A stretch of DNA of 64,000 nt from Heptranchias perlo (lineage: Eukaryota), in the NCBI RefSeq assembly GCF_035084215.1, contig NC_090345.1, forward strand, positions 14,322,001-14,386,000, written 5' to 3'. A model generated the notes under the pieces. It did no database searches. It worked only from the letters and a program-made list of their open reading frames with translations, and was not told where the DNA came from. Position numbers and translations under genes: made by a program. This document shows positions 32,301-45,125 of this stretch, in pieces (within the stretch, counting starts at the first letter, position 1; every line of letters starts with the position of its first letter).

Positions 32301-35300
32301 TCTACTTGTCTACACTACTTCTCCACTTGGATTGCCTCAGCATTTGCCTTAAACATAGCTCTATCTTAGCAGCTCAACATCACAATCATACTCCAGACTA
32401 CCAGCTCAAGTGTAGCACTTTTACTGTCACCCCACCAATACATTTTATATTTTTATATTAGATGCCCAGCAATTGAGGTCTTGGATTTGCCTCCATCAAC
32501 AATGGTGATTCCTCTTTTAGTTTGACACTTCAAATTCTACCTAATAGTTTTAAAAAAAACAAGGTCAGGGGTTTTCCACAGTGAGCTTGATAGCACGCGA
32601 TTTTCCTGTCCATTAAAATTGCAAGCTGGCACAAGCATGTGGAAAACTCCAGCCAAAGTGTCCAGAGGTAATTGTTGGAAAGATTGTGTCAAATTTTTGT
32701 GGAGTGGTGTGGAATATAAAATTTAAACACTGCGAAATGCTATGTGCCATTATTTGTTCCCTGTGTGTTGCTTTTACCTGGTGAACTCCTGCAATGCTTC
32801 TATGCGAGGGTGATAGACCACAATTCTCTTCTTTAGCATCAGTGCAGTGTACAGGATAATGGTTTCCATTCCAAACTGATTTACTACGTCTAGAAAAAAA
32901 ATGCATTTCATTGAAAACAAAAACGTCCCCGTCTGCTTTGCACCATCATCAGAAAAAAGCTTGTTTTATACCAAGCAATGAATAGCCCAAAATAAAATAA
33001 GGCTATTGTGCAAAGTTCAAAACACCTAACTCCCCTGATAGTCTACAGGGTAAGGGCAGCACTTGGTATTGCACCATGATCCCAGGTTTGATTCCCAGTC
33101 TGTGTTGAGTTGTCTGGTTTCAGTGGAGGCATGAGTTGAAGCCTCAGCATTCCTGGGTAAGGGAGGGGGGAAAACGTCAACTATGGTCCTTACTCTTGAC
33201 TGCTGGCCATTGTCCCTTGCTGGAATATTTGCATGTGCGGATGTCTGGTGTGAACAGGACTAAGCTCATCTGTGATGTTCTCCACAGTGGAATAGTCTAC
33301 CCACACTCACTATCTAGGCTGATAGATCAAGAATGGTCACATGGGTGAGCTATCAGGGGACAGTTGATGGCTATCCACTTTCAAGAGAGGCTGGGAGTAA
33401 AATGAAAAAAAAGAATAGTTACTTAACTATGATAAATAGATCATTGTATGTAAAATAGTTAAGTTAAAATAAAGGCAGTTCAAAAATAGACAAGTTCTGT
33501 AAGAAAATATATGAGTTTAAATAAGTTTGATGTACATGTTCCCATCACTTGTGGTTTAATGATACTTACAAATTACCATTTTTTGTCACAATAGCTTAGG
33601 ATATCAATGGTATAAAGTTCTGCTTAGCAGAAAGGGACACTATTGTATCTAACACAAATTTCAGGGTCACCACAGATCAGACATTAACACATATAGGTGT
33701 ACATATTTGCTCAGAAATGAATGTATTTCCATATACTCTACAGTGCTTGTTGAATAGGAACAACTGAATAAAGGGAATAAACTCTTTCCCTACACAAATG
33801 TTCCAATTGAGAGCTTTATCTTGCTCTTGGCTCCCGATCTCAGTGCAATGCTCCAGGACAATGCACCATGCCACTTACCATAACACAAAAGAAAGTGCAG
33901 ACAAGGTCATAGAGCAATAAACTGGACTGGATTGGGCCTCAACACCACTCAACATTTTTGGGAGAGCCAGATACTATGTTTATGCCATAACATAAAGCAT
34001 AACTCTTTTGTGCTTACCTTTGATGGATCCAGCAAGATATGCCTTTTTAGCATCATAGTCCTTTACAAGAAATGATCCATTCTCTTCACTTTGACAGATG
34101 CCCTTGGTAAGAACAGAAATATAAACTTCCATCATCCTGGCTGGGCTACCATATTTCATGTACATCCTTCAGAAAAATCAAAATTATTAAATTTATTAAT
34201 TAGATAAAACTTTTTTCTCAGAAGAAATGTTTATTTTTAATAAATGGAACAGGACAGCAAGACACTACTTTCTCGCCTATGAAAAAGTTTCTTTTTCAAG
34301 TGAGAACCACTCTCAGAACTCAAAGGTCCATCTTTCTAAACTGCAAGGGCCAGGTAATTTTCAGATTCAAGTATCTGACTCTGAAATTGAGCTACCTGTA
34401 TACCACCAGGCAAGTGCATTTCAAGCCCAATTTGTATCAATCATGCATTATTGATCCAACCAGATATTAATTATATAATTCAAAAACTCCCAATGTCATT
34501 CTATTGGATCACATAATGTAGTATATAGAGAACAAAGCAAGTGACAGTTTGGCAGGGCTGTAATATATTTAAGGCCATTTTACGTTATGGCCCAGTTCAG
34601 TCTGGGTCCTTGTACAGCAACACTAAAATGATCCTGTGGTGCTGTTGACTAATCAAGGCAATCAATCTCCACAACAGACCCAGACATGAGGTGAGGAAAA
34701 ACCCCAGTAGTGGAAAACTTTAGGAACCATAGGTCCAAAGTCACCAGTTCCTCCCAAGCATGCTGTACTTACTATATCTCATGTCTCAAATTACTCATAT
34801 ACTGTATCCTAAAATATTGCTTTCTGAAAGAAATCTATCTAATTTGCACATGAATGAATAAATACCAACTGCTTCCACTGTCTCCATAGATTTACAACTT
34901 GCTCACTGAAATAATGTTTCTGCAGATTAGCTTTGAATTTACCCCACCCCCCTTCGAGCTCTGGTTCTACTGTTCTGGATAAGGTAAAACATGTTCTCCT
35001 GTTTGTAGAGGGAGACCAACAAAGCCGATCCCTAACATCACAGGGAATAGACAGGAGGAACTATTTGATAATCTAGGACAATTCAGTCTTGAAAAGAGAC
35101 ATGTGAGAGGGGACCTTATGAGGATATATGAAATACTTAATGGGATATAGAAAGTAAACCTAGAACAATACTATCAGATAAAGCAGGGCTGCAGGACAAG
35201 AGGGCACAGGATCAGGATTGTGATGGGCAAATTTAGGACAGACATCGGGGGAGTATTCTTTGCAGAGTAGGTGATCAACAGGTGGAATGGATTGCCATGA

Positions 35301-38300
35301 AGAGTATTTGAGACCAAGACACTGGACTCATTTAAGAAGCAACTAGATGCTGTAATGAAAGACAACAGAATTGGTATTCTGGAGGGATGAGGTCCATTGA
35401 GCCAAAGGGCCTTCTTCATCTGAACTGATCTTACAAGAAATCTGCCACCGTATTCCTGCAGGCTGTTCATGGCCTATTGGGCATATGACTACGTAGTTCC
35501 AACGGCAGATTAGGAAACTCACAAAATGTAGGTCAATTCAGCCACTAGAACAACGTAAGTTGACTGATCTACAATTGGAAGTGCCATTGACTGTGCAAGA
35601 CCCGTGTCTGCGGTCAATAGTACTATTGTAATGTAAAAGCACTTTAAGGAAATCTGATGAAATCATAATAAATAATGCTATTGAATCCATCACATTTAGG
35701 TGTTTATAGCAGTGTGCTGTTTCCACTTTAAATTGTTGTACTACAGTAACTCATCTCACTTTTAGAAGAATAAATACAAGTCCCCTATCTTTGCCCCAAT
35801 ACATGGAAGTTAATGGGAACATCCTTTGAAAGGAAACATTTTTACGAACATACTTATTTTGTCTCTGTCCATACTTGTTCAACACATTTTTTAACCATTT
35901 CAAATGTAAAAATTCTGTGGCAGAATTTTGAATTTGAGATCAGTTTTTGTGAATTTGAGAATAGAGAAAGTAAACAATAAAGTAAAAGGGATGTCAAACA
36001 GACAATCAAACACAAATTTTTAGTTGAAAATATCAACATGGGGGAAGATTTCCTTCTGTGCACTATGTATAGCAAAATTGTAAAAACATTCACTATAAAT
36101 AATATTCACTCTCCTTTGACATTGCACACAGTCAGTCAGGGAATATGGTGGTTCTCTTACCTATCTCTGATGTCTAGGTGTTACTGATTCTCTCTATCTC
36201 ACCTCTTTTGCTTCTGTCTCTCTCTTTCTCTTGTCTGCTACTTCACTCCCCTTAATGCTTCTATTTGCATCTCTCTCTGTCCTCTTCTGTTTCTCTCTTT
36301 TTCTTTTCTTCTTTCTTTTTGGATAGGAGGTAGTAGGTGATTTGGTGTGGTGCCTCCTGGAAAGTTGCTATCAATGGCATTTGGAGGCAGTGGGGAAAAT
36401 GTGGCCCTCAGCGTTTCACTTCCCATCCCCTCCCCCAATCACTCATGTTTCCCCAACCCCTCACATCTCTTACCCCTTCCTGCCACCCCTCCTTCCAATC
36501 ACTAACCTCAGCCTTTTTAAACTACCCACTCAACCCTTGTATCCTCCCTTCCCCCTTGTTCCACTGTCACTCACCTGACCCTTAAACCTTCCATCCACTT
36601 TCCCCCACTCCCACTCATTCCCTCCAAAGGTGGGTGCTCAGAGGCCAGATGCCCCCTCACCCCTATCCAGTTTTTCTTCTCCCCTCTTCTTCCTTTCCTA
36701 TCTGTTTTCCTTAAAGAGACTTTATTTGCTTTCAAAATTGTATTTTGTTAAAAAAAAGTCAAACTAGAATAAAGAAAAACTGCCCATCTGCCTTTCTCTC
36801 TATTTGTTTCTTTCTTTCTCTGTGTCCCTTTCTCCCTCAGTCTCAGGTGCACGAGATTACAATCTCTGTCTCAGTAAGCCATTAGCAATGACCATTTCTG
36901 TCAACAAAACGCAGGTGGAGATCATCAGTTGGCTTCAAAATGTCACCCTTTTTTTGAAACTAGGTAATGGGTAAGTGGGACTTGGTGCAGGATAGGAGAC
37001 GTGCAGCAGAGTTGCGGATAAGCTGAAGTTTATGGAGGGTGGAAGATGGGAGGCTGGCCAAGAGAGCATTAGAACAGTCAATTCTAGAGGTGACAAAGGC
37101 AAGGATAAGCGTTTTAGTGGCAGGTGGGCTGAGGTAGGGGTTGAGGCGATGTTATGGAGGTGGAAGTTGGACAGTCTTTGTGATGGACAGGATTATGGGG
37201 TCAGAAGTTCAGCGTGAGGTCAAATAGGACTCTCAGGTTGCGAACTGTCTGGTTCAGCCTGAGAAAGTGGCTGAGGAGAGGGATGGAATTGGTGGCACAG
37301 GTACAAAGTTTGTGGCGGGAGCTGAAGGTGATGGCTTTGGTTTCCCTAATTTTTGACACAAAATCTAATGCATCTGCACTAGCAATCAGGATTGAGGTTC
37401 TGGCAGATATCACATTTAATTTGACTCCCAATTGTATTCCTAAGAGCAGGGAACTTCTCCCAATTTCCTGGCCAACATTTATCCTTCAGCTATCACCATC
37501 AAAACAGATTAACTGGTCACTTATCTTGTTGCTGTTTGTGAGATCCTGATGTACACCAATTAGCTGCCATGTTACTACAAAACAACAGTGACTAATCTTC
37601 AAAGGTTATTTATTGGCTGTGAAGCACTTTGGGACATCATAAGGAAGGGAAAGACACTATATAAATCCAAGTCCTTTCTTTCTTACCTCACTAAGGTGTT
37701 AGCCATGGCTCGGTGGTTGCACTCTTGCCTCTGAGTCAGAAGATTGTGAGTTCAAGCCCCAGTCCAGAGACTTGAGCACATAATTTAGGCTGACACTTCA
37801 GAGCAGTGCAGTACTGAGGAAGTGCTGCATGAGTGTCCTTCAAATGAGACATTAAACTGAGGTCCCTCTTAGGTGGACGTAAACCATCCCAAGGCACTAC
37901 TCGAAGAAGAGCAGGGGAGTTCTCCCTAGTGACTTGGTCAATATTTATCCCTCAACCAGCATCACTAAAGCAGGTTATTTTGATCATTATCTCATTGCTG
38001 TTTGTAGGACTTTGCTGTGTGCGAATTGGTTGCCATATTTCCTACATTACAACAGTGGCGATACTTTAAAAAGTACTTCATTGGCTGTAATGAGTTTTTG
38101 GGACATCCTAAGGTTGTGAAAGGTGTGATATAAATGCAAGTTCTTTATCTCTCTCTCACTAAGCATTGAACTCATCAACTGAGCCACCTGAGGAAGCTGC
38201 TTAAATGTAAATGCTTTCTTTCTTTATGTATAAACTGGTAATTCATGCTTATTTTTAGCCTTGACCCACTGGGGATATGAACTGTACCCAGCAAAGTAGG

Positions 38301-41300
38301 ATATTGCTGCAGCACTCATACAGATCCGCAGAGACAATGATACAATGTCCAGATTTATCTCAGTCACAGAATTTGAAACTTACCTACATAACACTCTCCC
38401 AAATGATGCATATTTCTCTGGGTTAAAGTCTTTGGCAGTTAGTACTAAAGAAAAATGGGTCACCTATCGTAAGAATGAAAAGGAAAATATCAATAATGTT
38501 TCATGAGTATCATTGTCAGAGGTTAGACTTACACACACTTCTATTTCAATTCTCATGTTCTGTGCAAAATAGGAGAATAGAGTTTGAGAGTGAAAGCTAA
38601 TATTGCTACGACATAAAAAATGTCTCCATATTTACATTGTCATATCATTAGAAATATTCCCAACTTAGTTAGAATGTTCATCCCATTGACAGAATTCCCG
38701 TACTCAGCCTCTGAACAGAAAGTACAGCTGCACCATGTAATATTTCCATTATCCAAATCTTCATTCTAGGCCGTTCAGAATTAAAGTTGCTCTGTACAAG
38801 ATAAAAATATTAATCAAAAAATTGTGCATCTAAGTGAATGGAAAATTTAGTCCCACGTATCAATGTCACTGAGATTTACCATAGGCGTTTTACTTGAGAA
38901 CCCCATATCCTATCTATCATCAAGACTGCCTATTTCTACATCTGCAACATACCCGCCTCCACCTTACTCACCCCATCCACCAGTGAAACCCTCATTCATG
39001 TGTTTACCAACTTGATGTTTGACTTCTCCAAGGCTCTCCTCTCCGACTCCAGAGCTCCACTCTTAATTAACTCCAATTCATTCAAAACTCAGCTGGCACT
39101 AGGTCCACTGCCCTTATCAACCTCCTCTATGTGTGTTCAGTTTGACTTTTTGCATGTTCTTTAGAAAGACTTCTAACATAGTAAATTCTGTACTTTTGTT
39201 CCTTTGAATAGCAAACTTACATTAATAGTCTAGGATCATGAAACATAAAGTCAGTCAGTTTGACTGACAGAGCAGTTTTGTTAATCATCTGGATGATGTT
39301 TTGGTAAAGCAGAAGGACGCCAAAGACCATTGTTGTAAGAATGCCCTCCGTCCCTCTGCAACACAAAGCAGCCTCCAAAAACAGCGTACTAAGGGCATAA
39401 TTGTCACTGTGTTCACAAGAGTACTTTTTTTGCTTCCTCTCCAAAAGTGTACAGTTAAAAAAATAAAAGTTGCTTCTTAGGTAAGTATTCACCTTCTCTC
39501 CTCTAGTTATTTTGTGAAAATCAAAGGAGTTATGAATGATAAATTCTCAACTTTGCTGAAAAAGAGGCTGTTTCTCAGAGTTATTAACTTAAAAAGGATT
39601 TAGTTTTTCTCTACGCTGTAAGCTAGTTTCTTCCCATCCCCACGTGGAAACTACATTGTCACCAAGAGGGAAGATTTCCTCTGTGTACTATATGTAACAA
39701 AATTTATAATGAACAAGTTTACAATTATTATACATCGTGCACTGAAGAAATCTCCTCTCTCCCCAAGAGGTTGAGTAGACAACCTATTCCCAGGTCTCTA
39801 GTAATTCCAACCAGGTTCTAGGATATGCACCAGTGTGGTGTGGGTTGGCTGTCTCTCTGAGATTTCCTCCTTTTCATCCTTTGGAGAACTCCACCTTGTG
39901 TGTATTCAGTGTCTCCCCTGAGTGACAATGACAGTGTCCCGGGAGCAGGTCAGTTGGTATGTGGCCCAGAGAGACTGAGAGTGAGGGAAAAAGGAGAAAT
40001 TTTACACTCACATTAAAACAAATCAGTAAAGGATTATGTACCTTTGACAATGCAGTGGGATCCTGGACTTGTGTGGTTGTGATATAATACCAGGTTCTTC
40101 TGAACTGACCAAACACAAAGGTGTGAAGGACATCATTTTCATTAGTAAGGCAGCATTTCCTTAAAAGCAGCTCTCTGAGTTCTGCAGTGACGGTAGGGTA
40201 GCACCACACCCACAATGCATCACCGTTTGTGTCTTTTTCTAAGTAGGAAGAACATTCACTGTGAGAGTGTGAAAGAGCTGTGTGGAAGTTATATGGTTTA
40301 TTTAACATACAGTTGATTCTATCAGGAAATTAGCCTTTAAGGCACCAGTTCCCCCCCCTCTGCATTGGTAGACCTTTAAAAATCAGATTTGGCTTCCAAA
40401 ATAACAGCGAGTTTCATGGTGCTGGGCATTATTAATGTGTAAATCATCCAGCAACTTGTGGTGAGGAAGAGATACCCTGTGAACTGAGGATTGCCACAAG
40501 TTGCTGGTCGATTTGGTCCGCCGTTAGCCTCGCAAAAACGGCCTCAACCTCCCTGTGAGTTTCATGAAATTGCTGTATTTGCACATTAATTGCCTATTAA
40601 ACTCACTGCAGAAAATTAGGGCTGCTACTTAACAGCATAAGTACCTTTTTAATGAGGGGATTTATGTTCCTGCAATGCCATCAACCACTTGCCCAGAAAG
40701 GGAACAATTTAAACTGCGGAGTCTCATTCCTACAGGTAGTAAATTGTTCTGAAGAGATTTTTAAAATTTTAATTTTTTTTTTTACTTTTCCTTTCTGTCT
40801 CTTTTTTCTCTCTCTTTTAATCCAATCTTTTTTTCCCTCTCTTTATTTCTTTCTGTTCCTGATTTGACTCTAATTCACCCCATTTCCCTCTCTGTCCTTC
40901 CTCGGTTTCTTTCTCAATCCTTAAATCTCTTTGGTTAAGGAAATAAGACTGTTGGTCACATCGTTTACCAAGGTCCCAGATGCCCCATTGCCCCCGTTAT
41001 CAGCTCTCACTTCTAGAAACTTACAGGACAAAAAATGTTCGGGTTGAATGTGAGGGGAGAAGTCTAACTGACAGGCCAAGCTCCAGCAAAATCTGGGCCA
41101 TTGTGTTGCAAAGAACTAAATGCAAGATGTCAAAGGTCTGAGGGATTGCCTTGGAAGAATTATTGAACTGAGTGAAAGGAATCAATTAACATACACAACT
41201 GTGCTGACTATCTCTACTTAAATTAATCTAGCTCCCTTGTACTGTCAGGCTAATGCAGCACTGTACAACTTCTGGGAGGGAGGGGGGGGGGGGGACATCA

Positions 41301-41896
41301 AATCAACCGAAACGAATGAACTAGTGCCCCTCTACGAATCAGTGACAGGTTGTAGTAACTGTCGAGGCGAACTTGACCATGACGCGATGCCTAATTTTCC
41401 TCTTCAAACAGTTAGTTCTGTCAAGTTGTATGAGCAGGCCCTCAGTCCTCGGCACAACCTGCGTCATGTGGCCGATTAAAAAATACGGAAACCCCCATCT
41501 CCAACATTGTTTGCAGTGTAGCAACCGCTTCGGTGCAGAAAACAAACGCTGGCTGAGCACATTTGCAAATCTGTTTATGTTTGAATAATAAAATCCACTG
41601 GATTGAATTTGCCCTCTGCATTAAACGGGATCTTTTGGGATCCTTGTACACAAGGGTGTCGCCTCACTGTACAATACTGTAACGAGGGTGAGTCAGACCG
41701 AACCAGCTGGGAAATGCAAACATTTTATAGACTTAGAACAGTCTAAGATTTGGTACAGTGCTAGTACCACTCCCTTCTGTTAATGTACAATAACGCGACA
41801 GAAGAGAGTCAGTGAAACATATTTTATCTTCCTGTGTGTTGTCTGCGGAATCTTACCGACCAGCCCCACGCTCAGCATCAGAGGCGCCTCAGCCAT
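29160..41896 (-). CDS. DENND10: DENN domain-containing protein 10 (FAM45A), complete 9-exon CDS (1053 nt, 350 aa)
   Basis: complement join(41857-41896,40042-40238,38384-38463,34018-34166,32778-32889,31964-32064,31618-31725,30885-30979,29160-29330). All introns GT-AG; [26 protein letters not shown] and [22 protein letters not shown] match DENND10. Confidence 0.96.
29880..30040 (+). mobile_element. LF-SINE-like tRNA SINE relic (similar pieces near 15900-16110 and 27325-27420)
   Basis: ctggatggtgcagcgg head, ttgaatccag, then gttgggcagtctcaacctagttccca..ccacacaaaactggca, which resembles the LF-SINE consensus as recalled. Confidence 0.5.
30885..30979 (-). CDS. DENND10: DENND10 exon 8
   Basis: [32 protein letters not shown], 95 nt. 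Confidence 0.95.
31618..31725 (-). CDS. DENND10: DENND10 exon 7
   Basis: [36 protein letters not shown], 108 nt. Confidence 0.95.
31964..32064 (-). CDS. DENND10: DENND10 exon 6
   Basis: [33 protein letters not shown], 101 nt. Confidence 0.95.
32778..32889 (-). CDS. DENND10: DENND10 exon 5
   Basis: [38 protein letters not shown], 112 nt. Confidence 0.95.
34018..34166 (-). CDS. DENND10: DENND10 exon 4
   Basis: [15 protein letters not shown]...AYLAGSIK, 149 nt. Confidence 0.95.
35060..35420 (+). mobile_element. Old CR1 3' fragment
   Basis: Degenerate [11 protein letters not shown]...RTRGH...WNGLP ORF2 end. Confidence 0.75.
36190..36840. repeat. Pyrimidine-rich low-complexity tract
   Basis: Strong C/T skew on the + strand. 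Confidence 0.6.
36965..37350 (-). mobile_element. L2 LINE fragment
   Basis: Reverse complement aligns by eye to 16975-17340. Confidence 0.8.
37696..38146 (+). mobile_element. DeuSINE (SacSINE1-like), preceded by a partial copy at 37443-37683
   Basis: A box TGGCTCGGTGG, B box GTTCAAGCC, Deu-like core gtgcagtactgagg...ggtggacgtaaa..gaagaagagcagggg, L2-type tail atataaatgcaagttcttt. Confidence 0.8.
38384..38463 (-). CDS. DENND10: DENND10 exon 3
   Basis: [27 protein letters not shown], 80 nt. Confidence 0.95.
40042..40238 (-). CDS. DENND10: DENND10 exon 2
   Basis: [15 protein letters not shown]...DPTALSK, 197 nt. Confidence 0.95.
40320..41100. mobile_element. Non-autonomous DNA transposon related to 22233-24173
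   Basis: Shared body (gagtctcattcc) in reverse orientation; end gcaaaatctgggcc. Confidence 0.6.
41857..41896 (-). CDS. DENND10: DENND10 exon 1 ([13 protein letters not shown])
   Basis: ATG in context gacaATGG; donor G|gtaaga; matches human LMLGVGLI. Confidence 0.9.
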
Positions 41897-43576
41897 TGTC
41901 TGCCCAGCTCTGCTCCCAGCAGCTCAGCAACCACAACCTCCTGGTAGCAAATCAGTGGGGAAACACTCCCTCTGAAATAAGTTTTCAACAGGAGTGGGAA
42001 AAGAAATCACTGTCGACGAAAAGTGAAAATGGAACTGTTACTGTTCGTTGTGTTACAACTTACTGTAACTATCACAGTGCTGTCACTGATATAATGTAAC
42101 CAGTTGTAATGTAACTAGTAATAATAATGTAACAATTATTAATGTCAATTATTGTTACTATTACTGGTTTTGTCACTGTAACTTATTGCTACTATTATTA
42201 ATGCAAATCATACTGCAACTGTTAGTGTAACTCTTTAACTGTTTTACTTCAGAAACAGTAATTTTCCGCCTAAAATGTAAAGAACATTTCCTTACTGTTA
42301 TCTTTCAGGACCTCTGGTGTCCCAGATAAAAACTGTCCGCTGCCACTGACAAGCTTCTGAGTGATTGTACAATAACTGAAAGGACCGTACAGGGGCGTGC
42401 AAGGAATGGCACACTACACAAGATGAGGTCTTCGTGAAAAAAGGATGTTGTAAACTTTTTTTTTGTTTGCAAACACACAATGAGTGATGTAAATAGAGAT
42501 GAAGCATGTCATAGTGCCAATAAAAATAGAAAATGCTGAAAAAACACATCTGAAAAGAGAAAACAGGATAATGGAGACCCTTTATGAGAACTGTCACTAC
42601 ATGTCATGACATTGTAACAAATGTGTCGCACAGCTATTCTCTCTGCCAAAACAAAAAACGGGCTGTGACCGAAATAGTGTCCTTTAAAAAAAATCAATGT
42701 AATAACATGCAACTTTTTGTTTATTTATATTACCTCCTAACAATAACAATTTGGAATGACCACTGAAGAAAAAAAACCCAATGAGCATAGCTGAGAACTC
42801 TTAAAGGATTTTAATGGTTTCCTCCTGCCTGCCACATGTTCTTCAAAAATGCTGTCGTCCATTTAAAAAGTACAAAATATAAAAAATTGCTCAGCAGCTT
42901 GTGTAGTAAGAGCATAGGTCAAATACCCTCTTGTGTACCTATCCTAGGTGATCTGTCATCATTGTATTAATGTTGGTATCCAGATTCTAGACACCAGAAA
43001 GTGTGTCTTAAATAACACAGAATTTGGACAGGAATCATTTACCTAATTAAAACTCTTGACTCTCCTCAGTGTAACTGTTTGAACACGAGTCCTATTCCAT
43101 AGAATATAAGAGTAAATGAAGTACAAAAAAAACCCCACAAGATCTGTACAAAATGATCAACACTGACAAATCATTTAAGAATTACTGGGAAAAGCCATTA
43201 CAGATATTTAGGATTTAATGCTGCATTATTTGAACATTTCCCTAGTGTGTGAATTACCTTAGCACCAAGCACTAACAGTCTCTTCTGCATCTATTCTCTC
43301 TGAACCAGACATTAACTGTTGACAGTAATGCACATTTATACCAAAGGGCTAAAAACACTGAAATCATATTATTTTAAAAAATGTAACAGATTGACATTCC
43401 AAAATGAAAGATCTACTTCATAATATTCTTACACAAGAGTTAGAGATTGTTACAAACCATTTAAATTCAAATAATAGATTGTGATAATTTGAAGAAAATA
43501 AACTTTTTGCACTTTTCTTGAATATTAAAGGGTCATTGTCTTTTTGAAAATAAATGTTTTGCAAACTTGTCTACAA

Positions 43577-44000
43577 TTTTTTTTAAAATTCATTCTTGGG
43601 ATGTATATGAGTCCGGCATTTATTGCCCATCCCTAGTTGCTCTGAGAAGGAGGTCCGGGTTTTTTTCTTGAAACACTGAAATCCATGTGGTATTATTTAT
43701 AGTAGTTTGATACAACTGAGTGACTTGCTAAGTCACTTCAGAGGCCAGTTAAGAATCAACCACGTTGGTGTGGGGCTGGAGTCACATAAATTCCAAACCA
43801 GGAAATGACAGCAAGTTTCCTTCCATAAAGGCCATTAGTGAACCACAATACAACAGCTCCACGGTCACTTTTATTGATACCAGATTTTTATTTTCATATT
43901 TTTAAAACTGAATTCAAATTCTCATACTGCCATGGTGGTATTTGAACTCACATTCTGTGGATTATTAGTCCAGTAATATAATCACTACACTACCATACCA
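43577..44000 (-). mobile_element. tRNA-headed SINE, 59865-60224 family
   Basis: Same head (ggtatggtagtgtagtg..actggactaataatcca) and same tail (gggcaataaatgccgg). Confidence 0.8.
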
Positions 44001-44734
44001 ATGCAAGATGGAATGGCAGGAAACATATTATTTGCCAGTGAAGTCAAGCATGATAAAAAATTAGATATTAAAAAAGTTTAATGTTTTTTGTGAAGATTGT
44101 GCCCCTTGATTATAAATCTATATTTTAAAATGACAATTCTAATAATTAGTGCGCTCGTGTTTTAAAAATTGTAATCCATAGTTTCATATTTCATTTCATA
44201 ATTACAATATATTTTGGTGCATACAAAAATATTTATACATCAGTTGCTTCAATGCACTAACTACCTGCAATATTAACATGGAATATTTAAGTTATATAAG
44301 TAATATTGCTAAATTAATACATCACCATTCCTTACATAGCTTATCGCATCTGCTAAGAATCACTCATTAGAAATAATAATACAATTTAGGTTTGTAAAAC
44401 ACACCTCAAACAGAAATAGACACGTTAAGGGGGAGGGGAAACCGGAAGCATGCTCGAAGAATTGAGTTTCTAAGAGACTTTTGATGGATGTGAGAGCAGT
44501 GGTGAGGGAGCAGGGTTTAGGGGCAGAATTCCAGAGGGTAGGGGCACAGTGACTGATGGTAGGGAGTGGGGAATAAGCAGTCAGAGGAACAGTGGGGTCC
44601 TGCGACTCCTAGCTATTTCGATGCATGATACTATTTTTAAAAAAAAAAATAACATTGCAATCGGTGTCACTCTTTCTGGGTATTAAACTAGCTCTGCTGT
44701 CCTCAGCCTCCTAGTGCATAAAAGCACCTCCTGC

Positions 44735-45125
44735 TGCTGCGGGTGCTCGCTCTCCCGGGGACAGTATTGGATGGCGCGCGCGGGCTGGGGCTAGCCGGAT
44801 CCGGCGTGTGCTGGGGCGGGTCACGTGGTGCTCGCCTCCATTTTGAAGCGGTCGGTTCAGGACTGAGGAGCTCCGGGTGCTGCGTTGGGGAGGGAGCGCG
44901 GAGCCTGAAACCATGCCGGCGTATTTCCAGAGACCGGAGAACGCCCTGAAAAGGGCCAACGGTGAGTGAGTGTGAGTGAGGTGGTTGTAAGGGGAACGAT
45001 CGGGCCTGACCCTGGCCCTGCCATATGGCTGAGGTGGCGCTGGCCTGGGAGAGAAGGGGCTGCAGGCCTCTCACCAGGCCTCGCTCATGCACATGTTGCC
45101 CGATCACTCTCAACTTCGTGGCCCC
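44735..45125 (+). promoter_or_regulatory. CpG-island promoter of EIF3A
   Basis: High CpG density; ATTGG 44766-44770, GC box GGGGCGGG 44813-44820, E-box CACGTG 44822-44827, YY1-like CCATTTTG 44838-44845. Confidence 0.8.
44913..44961 (+). CDS. EIF3A: EIF3A exon 1 ([16 protein letters not shown])
   Basis: accATG start, donor G|gtgagt, 49 nt. Confidence 0.97.

Noticed and set aside
44703-45113. Antisense 136-aa ORF over the EIF3A promoter
   Set aside because: Expected by chance in GC-rich CpG-island sequence; no domain signal
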